Positions 51,309 to 59,909 are shown, numbered from the stretch's first letter. The stretch: 64,000 nucleotides of DNA from an uncultured Anaerolineales bacterium (GCA_964622645.1 CAZUSV010000004.1:9290-73289); one strand, 5' to 3'. Notes: generated by a model not told the origin, from the letters alone. Program-made: numbers and translations.

Positions 51309-51334
51309 GGGCCTCTAGGAATTCCCGTGTTAAT
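51309..51334. repeat. Family A repeat, solo arm, between the permease and the NBD-kinase gene
   Basis: gggcctctaggaattcccgtgttaat. Overlaps the permease stop codon. Confidence 0.55.
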
Positions 51335-52514
51335 TTCCTGTTTTACGAGTAGTCACATCAAAGATAACCGCGGCTGCAAGTACAATCGCTCTTACAATGT
51401 ATTGATAGGATATGTCAATCCCCATTAAATTCATGCCACTCGTAAGCGATGTCATGACCAAGGCACCAATGAGCGAGCCAATCACAGTGCCTACACCACC
51501 CGCTGCAGATACACCACCGACAAAAGCTGCAGCGATAGCATCCAGTTCGAACAAGGTTCCTGCAGTGGTAGTGGCGGATTGTAGTCGGGCTGCAAATAGC
51601 ATTCCTGAAAGAGCGGCCAGCATTCCCATCGATCCAAATACAATATGCGTTATTCGCTTGACACTAATACCGCTTAATTCAGCTGCCTCAGGATTCCCAC
51701 CGACGGCGTAAATGTGTCTGCCCAGGACTGTCTTGGTGGTGATGAAATTATAGAGAATAGCCACAATTAATACAACCACTGCAGTCCATGAAAGGCCCTG
51801 GTATCCGGCTAATATCCAGGCAACCCAGCCAATTAGAGCTGAGATGAGCACCAGTCTGAGGACGAACATGCCGTTTGACATAACCTCAATTTGGTTTTTT
51901 TTCATTCTGCTACGGCTGATCAATTCACTCGATGCGAACAAAATAATGCCTAGCAATCCAAGGATCAAAGTGAATTTATGCAGATCAGGAAATATCTCAA
52001 TATTTGGAATATCTGAAATAAACCCATTTCCAATTGCATTGAATGCATCGTTTGGGATGACGATTGTGCCAGTAGCACGGGTGGAGAGTTGCAAGGCTCC
52101 CCTGTAACCTAACCAGCCTGCCAGGGTGGCGACGAAGGCTGGAATCCCTAGATTAGCCACTAAGAAGGATGTAAATAAACCGGCGATTATGCCCAAACCC
52201 AGAACAAGCGGTATTACCAGATAAACTGGCAGATTCCAGTTTACCATGGCGATCGCTGCCACAGCTCCAAGGAAACCGGCTAAAAAGCCAACTGATAAGT
52301 CAATATGCCGGATGATAATCACCAGGGTCATACCGACCGCCAAAACGGCAATATATCCGGTCTGGTTGACCAGATTAACCAGATTTCTTGATGAAAGGAA
52401 TAGTCCGTCCGTAGTAATAGTAAAGACTCCCATGATTACGAATAAGGCGATGAACATGCCGTAATCACGGATGTTTTCACGGAACAATTTGCGCATCTCA
52501 TTGAAAAGTGTCAT
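51330..52514 (-). CDS. CUT2 sugar ABC transporter permease (XylH-like, 394 aa)
   Basis: Polytopic BPD_transp_2-type permease. Its size and sequence are similar to xylose/ribose-type permeases. Confidence 0.9.
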   Translation of the reverse strand: MTLFNEMRKLFRENIRDYGMFIALFVIMGVFTITTDGLFLSSRNLVNLVNQTGYIAVLAVGMTLVIIIRHIDLSVGFLAGFLGAVAAIAMVNWNLPVYLVIPLVLGLGIIAGLFTSFLVANLGIPAFVATLAGWLGYRGALQLSTRATGTIVIPNDAFNAIGNGFISDIPNIEIFPDLHKFTLILGLLGIILFASSELISRSRMKKNQIEVMSNGMFVLRLVLISALIGWVAWILAGYQGLSWTAVVVLIVAILYNFITTKTVLGRHIYAVGGNPEAAELSGISVKRITHIVFGSMGMLAALSGMLFAARLQSATTTAGTLFELDAIAAAFVGGVSAAGGVGTVIGSLIGALVMTSLTSGMNLMGIDISYQYIVRAIVLAAAVIFDVTTRKTGN

Positions 52515-52531
52515 TTCGAGCCTCCTCGCGC

Positions 52532-53329
52532 CTATCCAGCAACCTGTACTTCTCTGAAGTCGTCTCTAGCGCCTATCATGTAGGCTACCACCCTTTCACG
52601 GAACTCGTTTATATCGCCTTCTACAGCGGTATCGCAGACTTTGCGTCCTTGGCGGAGTACGATCATTCGGTCACTGACTCGGTAGATATCTTCCAGGCGA
52701 TGACTTATGATGATGATTGATGCGCCTTGCGCTTTGAGCTCCTTTACTAATTCAAGTACCTGGTCAATCGCTGCTACGCTCAAAGCCGCTGTGGGTTCGT
52801 CCATGATGATCACTTTGGCGTTGAACGCTGTCGCGCGCGCGATGGCGATTGCCTGGCGCTGACCACCAGAGAGTCTTTCTACGATTTGGCGAACAGATTG
52901 GATGTTGATTCTAAGGCGATTTAGCAGACTTACAGTTTCCTGCTCCATGTGACGAAAATCCAAGACCCCAATTGGACCCAATTTCATTTGAACCACTTCT
53001 CGTCCCATGAAAACATTCGCCGCAACGTCTAGATTGTTGGCCAGGGCATAATCCTGATAAACCATCTCAATTCCCTGGCGACGCGCATCCATAGGATTGG
53101 TAATGTATGCCTTCTCCCCCTCCAGGAGAATATCTCCGTCGTCAGGGATATACGCTCCGCTGAGCACCTTCATGAGAGTGGATTTTCCAGCAGCGTTGTC
53201 TCCGACTAACCCCAACACTTCATTTTGTTGTAAAGCCAGGTCTACCCCACGTAATGCCTGGACAGCGCCAAAGTTCTTTTTGATGTTTCGCATTTCAACG
53301 ACTGGCGTGTTTTCTGGTGTAGATGGCAT
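52532..53329 (-). CDS. CUT2-type sugar ABC transporter ATP-binding protein, single NBD (265 aa)
   Basis: Intact motifs: [39 protein letters not shown]. Confidence 0.92.
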   Translation of the reverse strand: MPSTPENTPVVEMRNIKKNFGAVQALRGVDLALQQNEVLGLVGDNAAGKSTLMKVLSGAYIPDDGDILLEGEKAYITNPMDARRQGIEMVYQDYALANNLDVAANVFMGREVVQMKLGPIGVLDFRHMEQETVSLLNRLRINIQSVRQIVERLSGGQRQAIAIARATAFNAKVIIMDEPTAALSVAAIDQVLELVKELKAQGASIIIISHRLEDIYRVSDRMIVLRQGRKVCDTAVEGDINEFRERVVAYMIGARDDFREVQVAG

Positions 53330-53370
53330 GGGTACATCCTTTTGCTAGTTATAAATGCAAGTCTAATTAG

Positions 53371-53483
53371 TTCGACAATGTCACATTCGCGAGAACTTCC
53401 GAAAATAGGGGGTGGCAGGGGTGCTGAGCACCCCTGCCACCCCCTATTTTCGGGCTTCTCGTCTGTAATTTGACATTGTCAAG
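53371..53483. repeat. Family B repeat, full copy, inside the SBP-ATPase intercistronic gap
   Basis: ttcgacaatgtcacattcgcgagaacttccgaaaatagggggtggcaggggtgctgagcacccctgccaccccctattttcgggcttctcg..tgacattgtcaag. Confidence 0.85.
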
Positions 53484-53585
53484 TTAGAAATTCATAATTC
53501 GTTAGTGCGAGAAATTTTCCTGAATTATAAAGGAATAGTGATGGATAATCCATCACTATTCCTTTTGATGAGTAAAACTCTTTAT

Positions 53586-55802
53586 TTATCCGTCCAATCC
53601 GGTGAACTCACTGGCATCCCAGTATCCAGAGTCAATGATTGCTTCCTGGACGTTGTCCTGGTCAACCGAGATCACTTCAGAAGGTTTGGCGGGGACATCG
53701 ATTACGCCATTGTTGTAGGTGTTGGTTTCGGGAGGTGCGCCGCCTTCGAGATAAGCAACGGCAGCGGCGATGGCATCACCAACCAGTGTGCGGACATCCT
53801 TCAGGACGGTCATGGACTGCTTGCCGTCAATGATGTACTGCACGGAAGCGATCTCAGCGTCCTGACCGGTGACCACGTAGCTGGCAACATCCGCATCGGC
53901 GCCAAAGGCATCGGCAATAGCGCGAGCGGTGCCGTCATTGGGCGCCAGGATGAACACATCGCCCTTGTCGTCAGCGCCGGCAGCAGTCAGATGAGATTCT
54001 GCCAGGGTCTTGGCGGTGTCGAAATCCCATTCGGTGGTGACCTGGCCGATGATCTGGCCCATCTCTTCACGGGTCAGTTCAGCCTTGTCCTGCAGGGTAA
54101 CCGCTTCGCTGGAGTTGACGACGTAGAAGGTGCCGTCAGCGATCTTGGGCTGCAGCACATTCCAGGCGCCTTCGAAGAACAGGAAAGCGTTGTTGTCAGA
54201 TGCCGCTCCGGCATACAGGTAGAGCGGGTTGCCAGACCCGGAGGCTTTGTCGACCAGGTATTGAGCCTGGGCAGCGCCAACAGCGATGCTATCGAAGGTG
54301 ACGTAGTAGTCCACTGCCTCGGTATCGCGGATCAGACGGTCGTAGGAGACCACTTTCACACCAGCCGAGCGGGCGGCTTCTGCAGCTGCGGCTGCGGCGG
54401 TACCGTCATGCGGGGTGATGATGATAACTTCGACGCCCTTGGTGATCAGGTTTTCGACGTTGGTCCTTTCTTTAGCGGAATCCCCTTCGCTGAAGAGGAT
54501 CTCGACCTCATAGCCAGCTTCGGCGAAAGCGTCTTTGAAGCGGGTCTCATCCTGGATCCAGCGAGGTTCTTCCCTGGTCGGTAAAACAATGCCAACTGTA
54601 CCAGACACTTCCGGAGCCATGCCCATCTCATCCAATCCGGTGAATTCACTGGCATCCCAGTATCCAGAGTCGATGATCGCTTCCTGGACGTTGTCCTGGT
54701 CAACCGAGATCACTTCAGAAGGTTTGGCGGGGACATCGATTACGCCATTGTTGTAGGTGTTGGTTTCGGGAGGTGCGCCGCCTTCGAGATAAGCAACGGC
54801 AGCGGCGATGGCATCACCAACCAGTGTGCGGACATCCTTCAGGACGGTCATGGACTGCTTGCCGTCAATGATGTACTGCACGGAAGCGATCTCAGCGTCC
54901 TGACCGGTGACCACGTAGCTGGCAACATCCGCATCGGCGCCAAAGGCATCGGCAATAGCGCGAGCGGTGCCGTCATTGGGCGCCAGGATGAACACATCGC
55001 CCTTGTCGTCAGCGCCGGCAGCAGTCAGATGAGATTCTGCCAGGGTCTTGGCGGTGTCGAAATCCCATTCGGTGGTGACCTGGCCGATGATCTGGCCCAT
55101 CTCTTCACGGGTCAGTTCAGCCTTGTCCTGCAGGGTAACCGCTTCGCTGGAGTTGACGACGTAGAAGGTGCCGTCAGCGATCTTGGGCTGCAGCACATTC
55201 CAGGCGCCTTCGAAGAACAGGAAAGCGTTGTTGTCAGATGCCGCTCCGGCATACAGGTAGAGCGGGTTGCCAGACCCGGAGGCTTTGTCGACCAGGTATT
55301 GAGCCTGGGCAGCGCCAACAGCGATGCTATCGAAGGTGACGTAGTAGTCCACTGCCTCGGTATCGCGGATCAGACGGTCGTAGGAGACCACTTTCACACC
55401 AGCCGAGCGGGCGGCTTCTGCAGCTGCGGCTGCGGCGGTACCGTCATGCGGGGTGATGATGATAACTTCGACGCCCTTGGTGATCAGGTTTTCGACATTT
55501 GTCTTTTCCTTGGCTGAGTCGCCCTCGCTGAAGAGGATCTCGACCTCATAGCCAGCTTCAGCGAAAGCGTCTTTGAAGCGGGTCTCATCCTGGATCCAGC
55601 GCGGTTCTTCCCTGGTCGGCAGAACAACACCAACGGTACCTGCCATCACAGCGGGTTCCTCTTCTGGAGCTGCTTCTTCTGGAGCTGCCTCTTCTAGGGC
55701 TGCCTCTTCTGGGGCTTGCGGCTGGCAAGCTGTGAGGACTAATCCGACCAGTACAACCAGCGAAACCAGCCATAAAACCGAACGTAAATTTTTCTTAGAC
55801 AT
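53586..55802 (-). CDS. Lipoprotein with two tandem XylF-like (D-xylose/ChvE-type) periplasmic sugar-binding domains
   Basis: Start at ATG 55802 after SD aaggaga. Signal peptide with lipobox LTAC and an (E/A/P)-rich linker. Two ~346-aa copies resemble XylF (REEPRWIQDE.., YDRLI, NNGVIDVP). Confidence 0.85.
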   Translation of the reverse strand: MSKKNLRSVLWLVSLVVLVGLVLTACQPQAPEEAALEEAAPEEAAPEEEPAVMAGTVGVVLPTREEPRWIQDETRFKDAFAEAGYEVEILFSEGDSAKEKTNVENLITKGVEVIIITPHDGTAAAAAAEAARSAGVKVVSYDRLIRDTEAVDYYVTFDSIAVGAAQAQYLVDKASGSGNPLYLYAGAASDNNAFLFFEGAWNVLQPKIADGTFYVVNSSEAVTLQDKAELTREEMGQIIGQVTTEWDFDTAKTLAESHLTAAGADDKGDVFILAPNDGTARAIADAFGADADVASYVVTGQDAEIASVQYIIDGKQSMTVLKDVRTLVGDAIAAAVAYLEGGAPPETNTYNNGVIDVPAKPSEVISVDQDNVQEAIIDSGYWDASEFTGLDEMGMAPEVSGTVGIVLPTREEPRWIQDETRFKDAFAEAGYEVEILFSEGDSAKERTNVENLITKGVEVIIITPHDGTAAAAAAEAARSAGVKVVSYDRLIRDTEAVDYYVTFDSIAVGAAQAQYLVDKASGSGNPLYLYAGAASDNNAFLFFEGAWNVLQPKIADGTFYVVNSSEAVTLQDKAELTREEMGQIIGQVTTEWDFDTAKTLAESHLTAAGADDKGDVFILAPNDGTARAIADAFGADADVASYVVTGQDAEIASVQYIIDGKQSMTVLKDVRTLVGDAIAAAVAYLEGGAPPETNTYNNGVIDVPAKPSEVISVDQDNVQEAIIDSGYWDASEFTGLDG
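53593..55638. repeat. In-frame tandem duplication, 2 x 1038 bp, within the binding-protein gene
   Basis: Offset is exactly 1038 bp. The central ~0.8 kb (53641-54458 vs 54679-55496) appears identical on spot checks. The flanks carry many mostly synonymous differences. Confidence 0.9.
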
Positions 55803-56095
55803 ATTCTTCTCCTTGAAATGCTTTATTTGAATCAAAATAGTACTGAATATTCAATTATCAGTTAAGTTATCTGGGGAACAGCACCTCCTCAATATTAGTT
55901 CTTAATGAATTCAAACTGTGAAGGGCAGGTGTGGTATCTGGTAGTAATTGTCAAAGCACACCAGATCCAATCAAACCGATTTTCATCGGTTTCTGAAACG
56001 GTAGGCAATTTTATCAAGTGTTGGGACCGGGCTCCCCCTCTTTTCCCCCCAATGATTTAGGGGATTTCCCCTAAAAATTATCCAAAGGTGAATTG

Positions 56096-56202
56096 TCTCT
56101 CTCGGAATCGCCGGGGCAGCTCCCAGATGGGGGGGGGTGGAGCGTGCTCTGCACACCCCACACCCCCAAATCTGGACATTACCATGGAATTCCTAGAGAC
56201 CC
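56096..56202. repeat. Family A repeat, full variant, in the divergent promoter region
   Basis: gtctctctcggaatcgccggggcagctcccagatgggggggggtggagcgtgctctgcacaccccacacccccaaatctggacattaccatggaattcctagagaccc. Confidence 0.8.
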
Positions 56203-56242
56203 TTATTTCAGTCCTGTAATATAGTGGTAAGATTAGATCGCT

Positions 56243-57286
56243 ATGGAAAAATCACGCATTTTGCTGGCGGATGATCACGAAGTTGTCCGGGCAGGCATTC
56301 AAAAAGTTGTTGAAGATGCCCAAAATTTACAGATTGTTGGCGAGGTAGAAGATGGGATATCGCTGCTGGAGAGCCTGGAACTAACCCGCCCAGAGTGTTT
56401 ACTAGTTGATATCAGCATGCCAGCGTTTGATCCACTGAAAACTATCCCAGAAATTCGTGCTAGATACCCAAAATTAAAGATCCTGGTCGTCAGTGCCTAT
56501 GACGATGATGTATACGTTCATGGCATGTTAGAAGCTGGAGTCGATGGATATCATCTCAAAGACCAACCACTCAGTGACCTGAAATTGGCTATCCAACGTG
56601 TGCTGAACGGTGAGCGTTGGATTTCAAGTTCTTTGATCTCGAAACTAGTAGACAAACCCAAGCCATCCGCTGAGACACCAATCCTGACCTCCAGGCAAAT
56701 CGAAATTCTCCGTTTGCTTCGAGATGGTTTAGATAATAACGGCATTGCTTTGGAGATGAATCTAAGTGTCAAGACGATCGAAAACCATCTAACCCGGATT
56801 TATAAACAGCTTGGTGTACGCAGTCGATTAGAAGCTAGCAACTATGTAAATCAGCATCCTGAAATATTGGGAATCAAGGGGTATCGTGTTATTCAGCAAC
56901 GAAAAAATTTAAACCGACCATATGGTGTTTCAATCCTGCTTGTCGATGATAATCGCCGCTATTTACAACAGCTTCAGCGCATTTTAGGCAAAGTGGTTCC
57001 CCGGGCTGGCTTATACGAAGCAAACGACCTGAATGAGGCAGTTTATATTGCCAAGAATGTACAACCTCAACTTGTTTTGGTTGATGTTGTACTTGGTGAA
57101 GAAGATGGCATTCGCTGTGCGCGTCGAATCAAGGCTGTATCTGGACAATCGCGTATCGTAATGATAAGTGCATACCCAGACCGCGAATTTCATCGATTAA
57201 GCATTGAAGCTGGAGCAGTTGCCTTTCTGGATAAAAAGGATCTGGATGCATCCGCGATACAGCAAGTGGTGGAAGATCTGCTTTGA
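56243..57286 (+). CDS. NarL/LuxR-family response regulator with an extra C-terminal receiver (REC-HTH_LuxR-REC)
   Basis: REC1: LLADDH, LLVDISMP, VVSAY, HLKD. HTH: LTSRQIEILRLL..SVKTIENHLTRIYKQLGV. REC2: LLVDDN, LVLVDVVL, MISAY, FLDKK. Confidence 0.88.
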   Translation: MEKSRILLADDHEVVRAGIQKVVEDAQNLQIVGEVEDGISLLESLELTRPECLLVDISMPAFDPLKTIPEIRARYPKLKILVVSAYDDDVYVHGMLEAGVDGYHLKDQPLSDLKLAIQRVLNGERWISSSLISKLVDKPKPSAETPILTSRQIEILRLLRDGLDNNGIALEMNLSVKTIENHLTRIYKQLGVRSRLEASNYVNQHPEILGIKGYRVIQQRKNLNRPYGVSILLVDDNRRYLQQLQRILGKVVPRAGLYEANDLNEAVYIAKNVQPQLVLVDVVLGEEDGIRCARRIKAVSGQSRIVMISAYPDREFHRLSIEAGAVAFLDKKDLDASAIQQVVEDLL

Positions 57287-57335
57287 TCGTGATTGGGGTT
57301 TTGGACTTATGTAGGAAGGGGATCTTCCCTGCGCC

Positions 57336-57770
57336 TTAATGCGAAGTTATATTCAAGTACGTCCCCAGCGCAAATAGTACCCCATAGATATACCACAATG
57401 GACGACCCAGAATACCCAGGGGGAACCAGTAGAACATGATCGTTCCTAAATACAACAATACATAGGGAATAAGAACAGATAATACAATCGGGTTGCGCCA
57501 CTTTATACCAAATCTATACTCAACCACATAACCAAAGATCGCCCAAACAAAGAAGATAAATCCCCCAATCCAGAACGACCATGCCCTGCCCTCGCGCAGC
57601 ATGATAATGCTGATAATCACAGCAGGGATACTCAATAGATAGAATATCCAACCGTACTTCAGGATGAAATCCAAGTTCGTCTTGCGGATCGCAAAAAGCA
57701 CGATCAGGCAGATCTGCATTACAAAAGCCCAAATTACAAACAATGTGTCAGTCTTATCTAAACCTAACAT
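57336..57770 (-). CDS. Hypothetical 4-TM membrane protein
   Basis: 144 aa, strongly hydrophobic. No family recognised. Confidence 0.6.
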   Translation of the reverse strand: MLGLDKTDTLFVIWAFVMQICLIVLFAIRKTNLDFILKYGWIFYLLSIPAVIISIIMLREGRAWSFWIGGFIFFVWAIFGYVVEYRFGIKWRNPIVLSVLIPYVLLYLGTIMFYWFPLGILGRPLWYIYGVLFALGTYLNITSH

Positions 57771-57891
57771 TGCGCGTCCTCCTTGATTACATCAATCGTT
57801 GAAGATATTCGATTTATTATTCTCTGTTCACTATTGTTTTTTTTGACCAAGCACATTCGTAGAGTCCAGATTATTCTCCTTGTTTCTAAAT

Positions 57892-58935
57892 CTAATCGGC
57901 ATGATCTTGAAGCCAAGTCTCCATCGTTTCTAGGAATTCAGGCGCGTAACTCGTGCCCCATGTTTCAGTAAGACAGCCCGTCTTTGCTGGCGTAAGTGTA
58001 TGTGCTACACCGTGGATAACCACGATCCGGTAATCCTGGTTACCGGCTATTTGCAAGGCAGCCTCATACGCCTCCGCTCCCTGGACTGGATCGACGTTCT
58101 TGTCCAACTCACCGAAGAAAACCAGCATTGGTATGGTGGTATTCTCAATGACCTCCATCGGGTCTATGAAGGCATCCCAATCCCGCGACCAAGGTTTCCA
58201 ATCTTGTTCCTCTGAAATCTCTAATCCAGTGTATTCCTCGACATCCGGGATCCCCCAAAGAACTTCCACCGCCTGGCGGTATTCATCATAACTGGTAGCT
58301 TTGGCTCTCTGCGACCAATACCGCTCCACAAGTACCACCTGCTCAGCCGAGCCGCCATCACAGGCCACTTTCTGCCCGATTTGATAGGCCATCTGCTCGA
58401 TGCTGTCCTCCCCACCGCCGCCGACGACGATCATAAAGGTGACATTCTCCGAACCCTCGATCGCCAGGGGCATGACCCACCCGGCCTGGCTGATCCCCCA
58501 CAGACCAATGCGGTCCGGGTCAATCGACGGGTATTCAGTCAGCACCTCAACGCCATCAACCAGGATTTCGGCACGTTGTGTGAGCTCGTCGCTGAATTCC
58601 CCGGTCGATTCGCCACTGCCGGGTTTGTCCCAAGAAAACACCGCGTAGCCGTTGCGCAGGAATATCTCAATCAGTGGAGGAAAGGGGACGGAACCATTCC
58701 GGGTTGCGCTACCACTACCGTGAACCATGATGATCGCCGGATGTGGACCTTCTCCTTCAGGCATGCGCAGATCCCCGACCAGGCGGAATTTTCCAGATCG
58801 AAACCTGATTTCTTCAACATTGGATTCTTGCGATCCAAAAACCCGGGTCCCGATTGGTTCAATTTCCACGGCTGTCCCACAGCCGGTCAACAAAAGTACA
58901 AGGTACAAAATCAAAAACGGCCATATTTTCTTCAA
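57892..58935 (-). CDS. Alpha/beta-hydrolase lipoprotein
   Basis: Lipobox LLTGC. Nucleophile elbow GISQAGW. HG oxyanion region IIMVHGSG. Confidence 0.8.
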   Translation of the reverse strand: MKKIWPFLILYLVLLLTGCGTAVEIEPIGTRVFGSQESNVEEIRFRSGKFRLVGDLRMPEGEGPHPAIIMVHGSGSATRNGSVPFPPLIEIFLRNGYAVFSWDKPGSGESTGEFSDELTQRAEILVDGVEVLTEYPSIDPDRIGLWGISQAGWVMPLAIEGSENVTFMIVVGGGGEDSIEQMAYQIGQKVACDGGSAEQVVLVERYWSQRAKATSYDEYRQAVEVLWGIPDVEEYTGLEISEEQDWKPWSRDWDAFIDPMEVIENTTIPMLVFFGELDKNVDPVQGAEAYEAALQIAGNQDYRIVVIHGVAHTLTPAKTGCLTETWGTSYAPEFLETMETWLQDHAD

Positions 58936-58938
58936 TTT

Positions 58939-59832
58939 TCACCTTCCTTCATAGCTTGTTCGCTTGGGCTGGTGGTGTCGAGGCGGCTTTCGACCTTGGC
59001 GGACGAGCCTTTTGGGGCCATAGAACCCTAAGACAAAAATTACGACCAGCCCAAGCACAATCCAGTAAAACAAGTTGGCTGTGGGCTCAGGGAACATCTG
59101 GGCTACCGTATTGCTTATGGCGTGAAAAACCACCGCCACCAGAATGCTGCCTCGCGAGTTGTTGAACAGCCATGTATATAAGACGGAAATCAAAACCAGG
59201 TTGGCCAGGAACAACCAAAAGGACGAGCCCTGCTGTGAAGAACCGGCCAGACACCACAGAGGCAGGTGCCACACGGCCCAGATCACGCCCAGGACAATAC
59301 TGGAAACCAAAGCGTTCCATCTGGCCTGGAGTCTTGGAAGCGCATACCCCCGCCAACCGAACTCTTCGCTCATACCCCCCGAGCGAGTGAAATTATTCAG
59401 CAGCCACCCCAGGATCAGCAATGGTTGGGATGCCCAGCCGAGATAAAGCGGGTATCCCAGGGGCACAACAATAAAACGAGGCACGGCGATCAGCAGGATG
59501 GGAAGCAGGAAGCTGACCAGCAGCCAAACCCCTGGGGTGCGTACGTCCCAGAACCGCCGCCAGAGCCCCCGCACACCGTCGCGACCCTCGGTCAGCCCGG
59601 TTACCGCGAACGCAGCCACCAGAGGACCGAAAGTCGAAAAGATGCCGCTGATGGCAATCAGCCCCAGCCCTACAGACATATCCACGTCATATATCCAGTA
59701 CATCAGCGACTGGTTGTCGGTGATGCTGATGATGACACTCGGCAACCACAGTAACCAACTCCAGCCGAAAGCGATTGTGAAGAACAGGAATAGATTCTTC
59801 CCCTCGAATTTCCTTGTGTGGTTCATTTTCAT
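58939..59832 (-). CDS. CPBP-family intramembrane glutamic endopeptidase (CAAX protease/Abi)
   Basis: SEEFGWRGY (EExxxR) and FHAISN (HxxxN) motifs. Polytopic. Confidence 0.85.
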   Translation of the reverse strand: MKMNHTRKFEGKNLFLFFTIAFGWSWLLWLPSVIISITDNQSLMYWIYDVDMSVGLGLIAISGIFSTFGPLVAAFAVTGLTEGRDGVRGLWRRFWDVRTPGVWLLVSFLLPILLIAVPRFIVVPLGYPLYLGWASQPLLILGWLLNNFTRSGGMSEEFGWRGYALPRLQARWNALVSSIVLGVIWAVWHLPLWCLAGSSQQGSSFWLFLANLVLISVLYTWLFNNSRGSILVAVVFHAISNTVAQMFPEPTANLFYWIVLGLVVIFVLGFYGPKRLVRQGRKPPRHHQPKRTSYEGR

Positions 59833-59854
59833 CTCCTTTTTTATTGAACTTCAA

Positions 59855-59909
59855 GTTCGACAATGTCACATATATCACATTCGCGAGAAACTCCGAAAAT
59901 AGGGGGTGG
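59855..59909. repeat. Family B repeat, left half only
   Basis: gttcgacaatgtcacatatatcacattcgcgagaaactccgaaaatagggggtgg. The core and right arm are missing. Confidence 0.65.

Noticed and set aside
53505-55517. Long plus-strand ORFs 53505-54584 (359 aa) and 55029-55517 (162 aa).
   Set aside because: They are antisense shadows of the XylF-like binding-protein gene, and the duplication repeats them. Their composition is G/D/V-rich with no recognisable motifs, whereas the minus-strand frame has clear XylF similarity plus a signal peptide and lipobox.
53593-55638. The tandem 1038-bp duplication as an assembly artefact.
   Set aside because: The two units are not identical at their ends. There they differ mainly at synonymous sites while the protein sequence is preserved. 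A collapsed or expanded assembly repeat would not produce that pattern. Long-read confirmation is still desirable.
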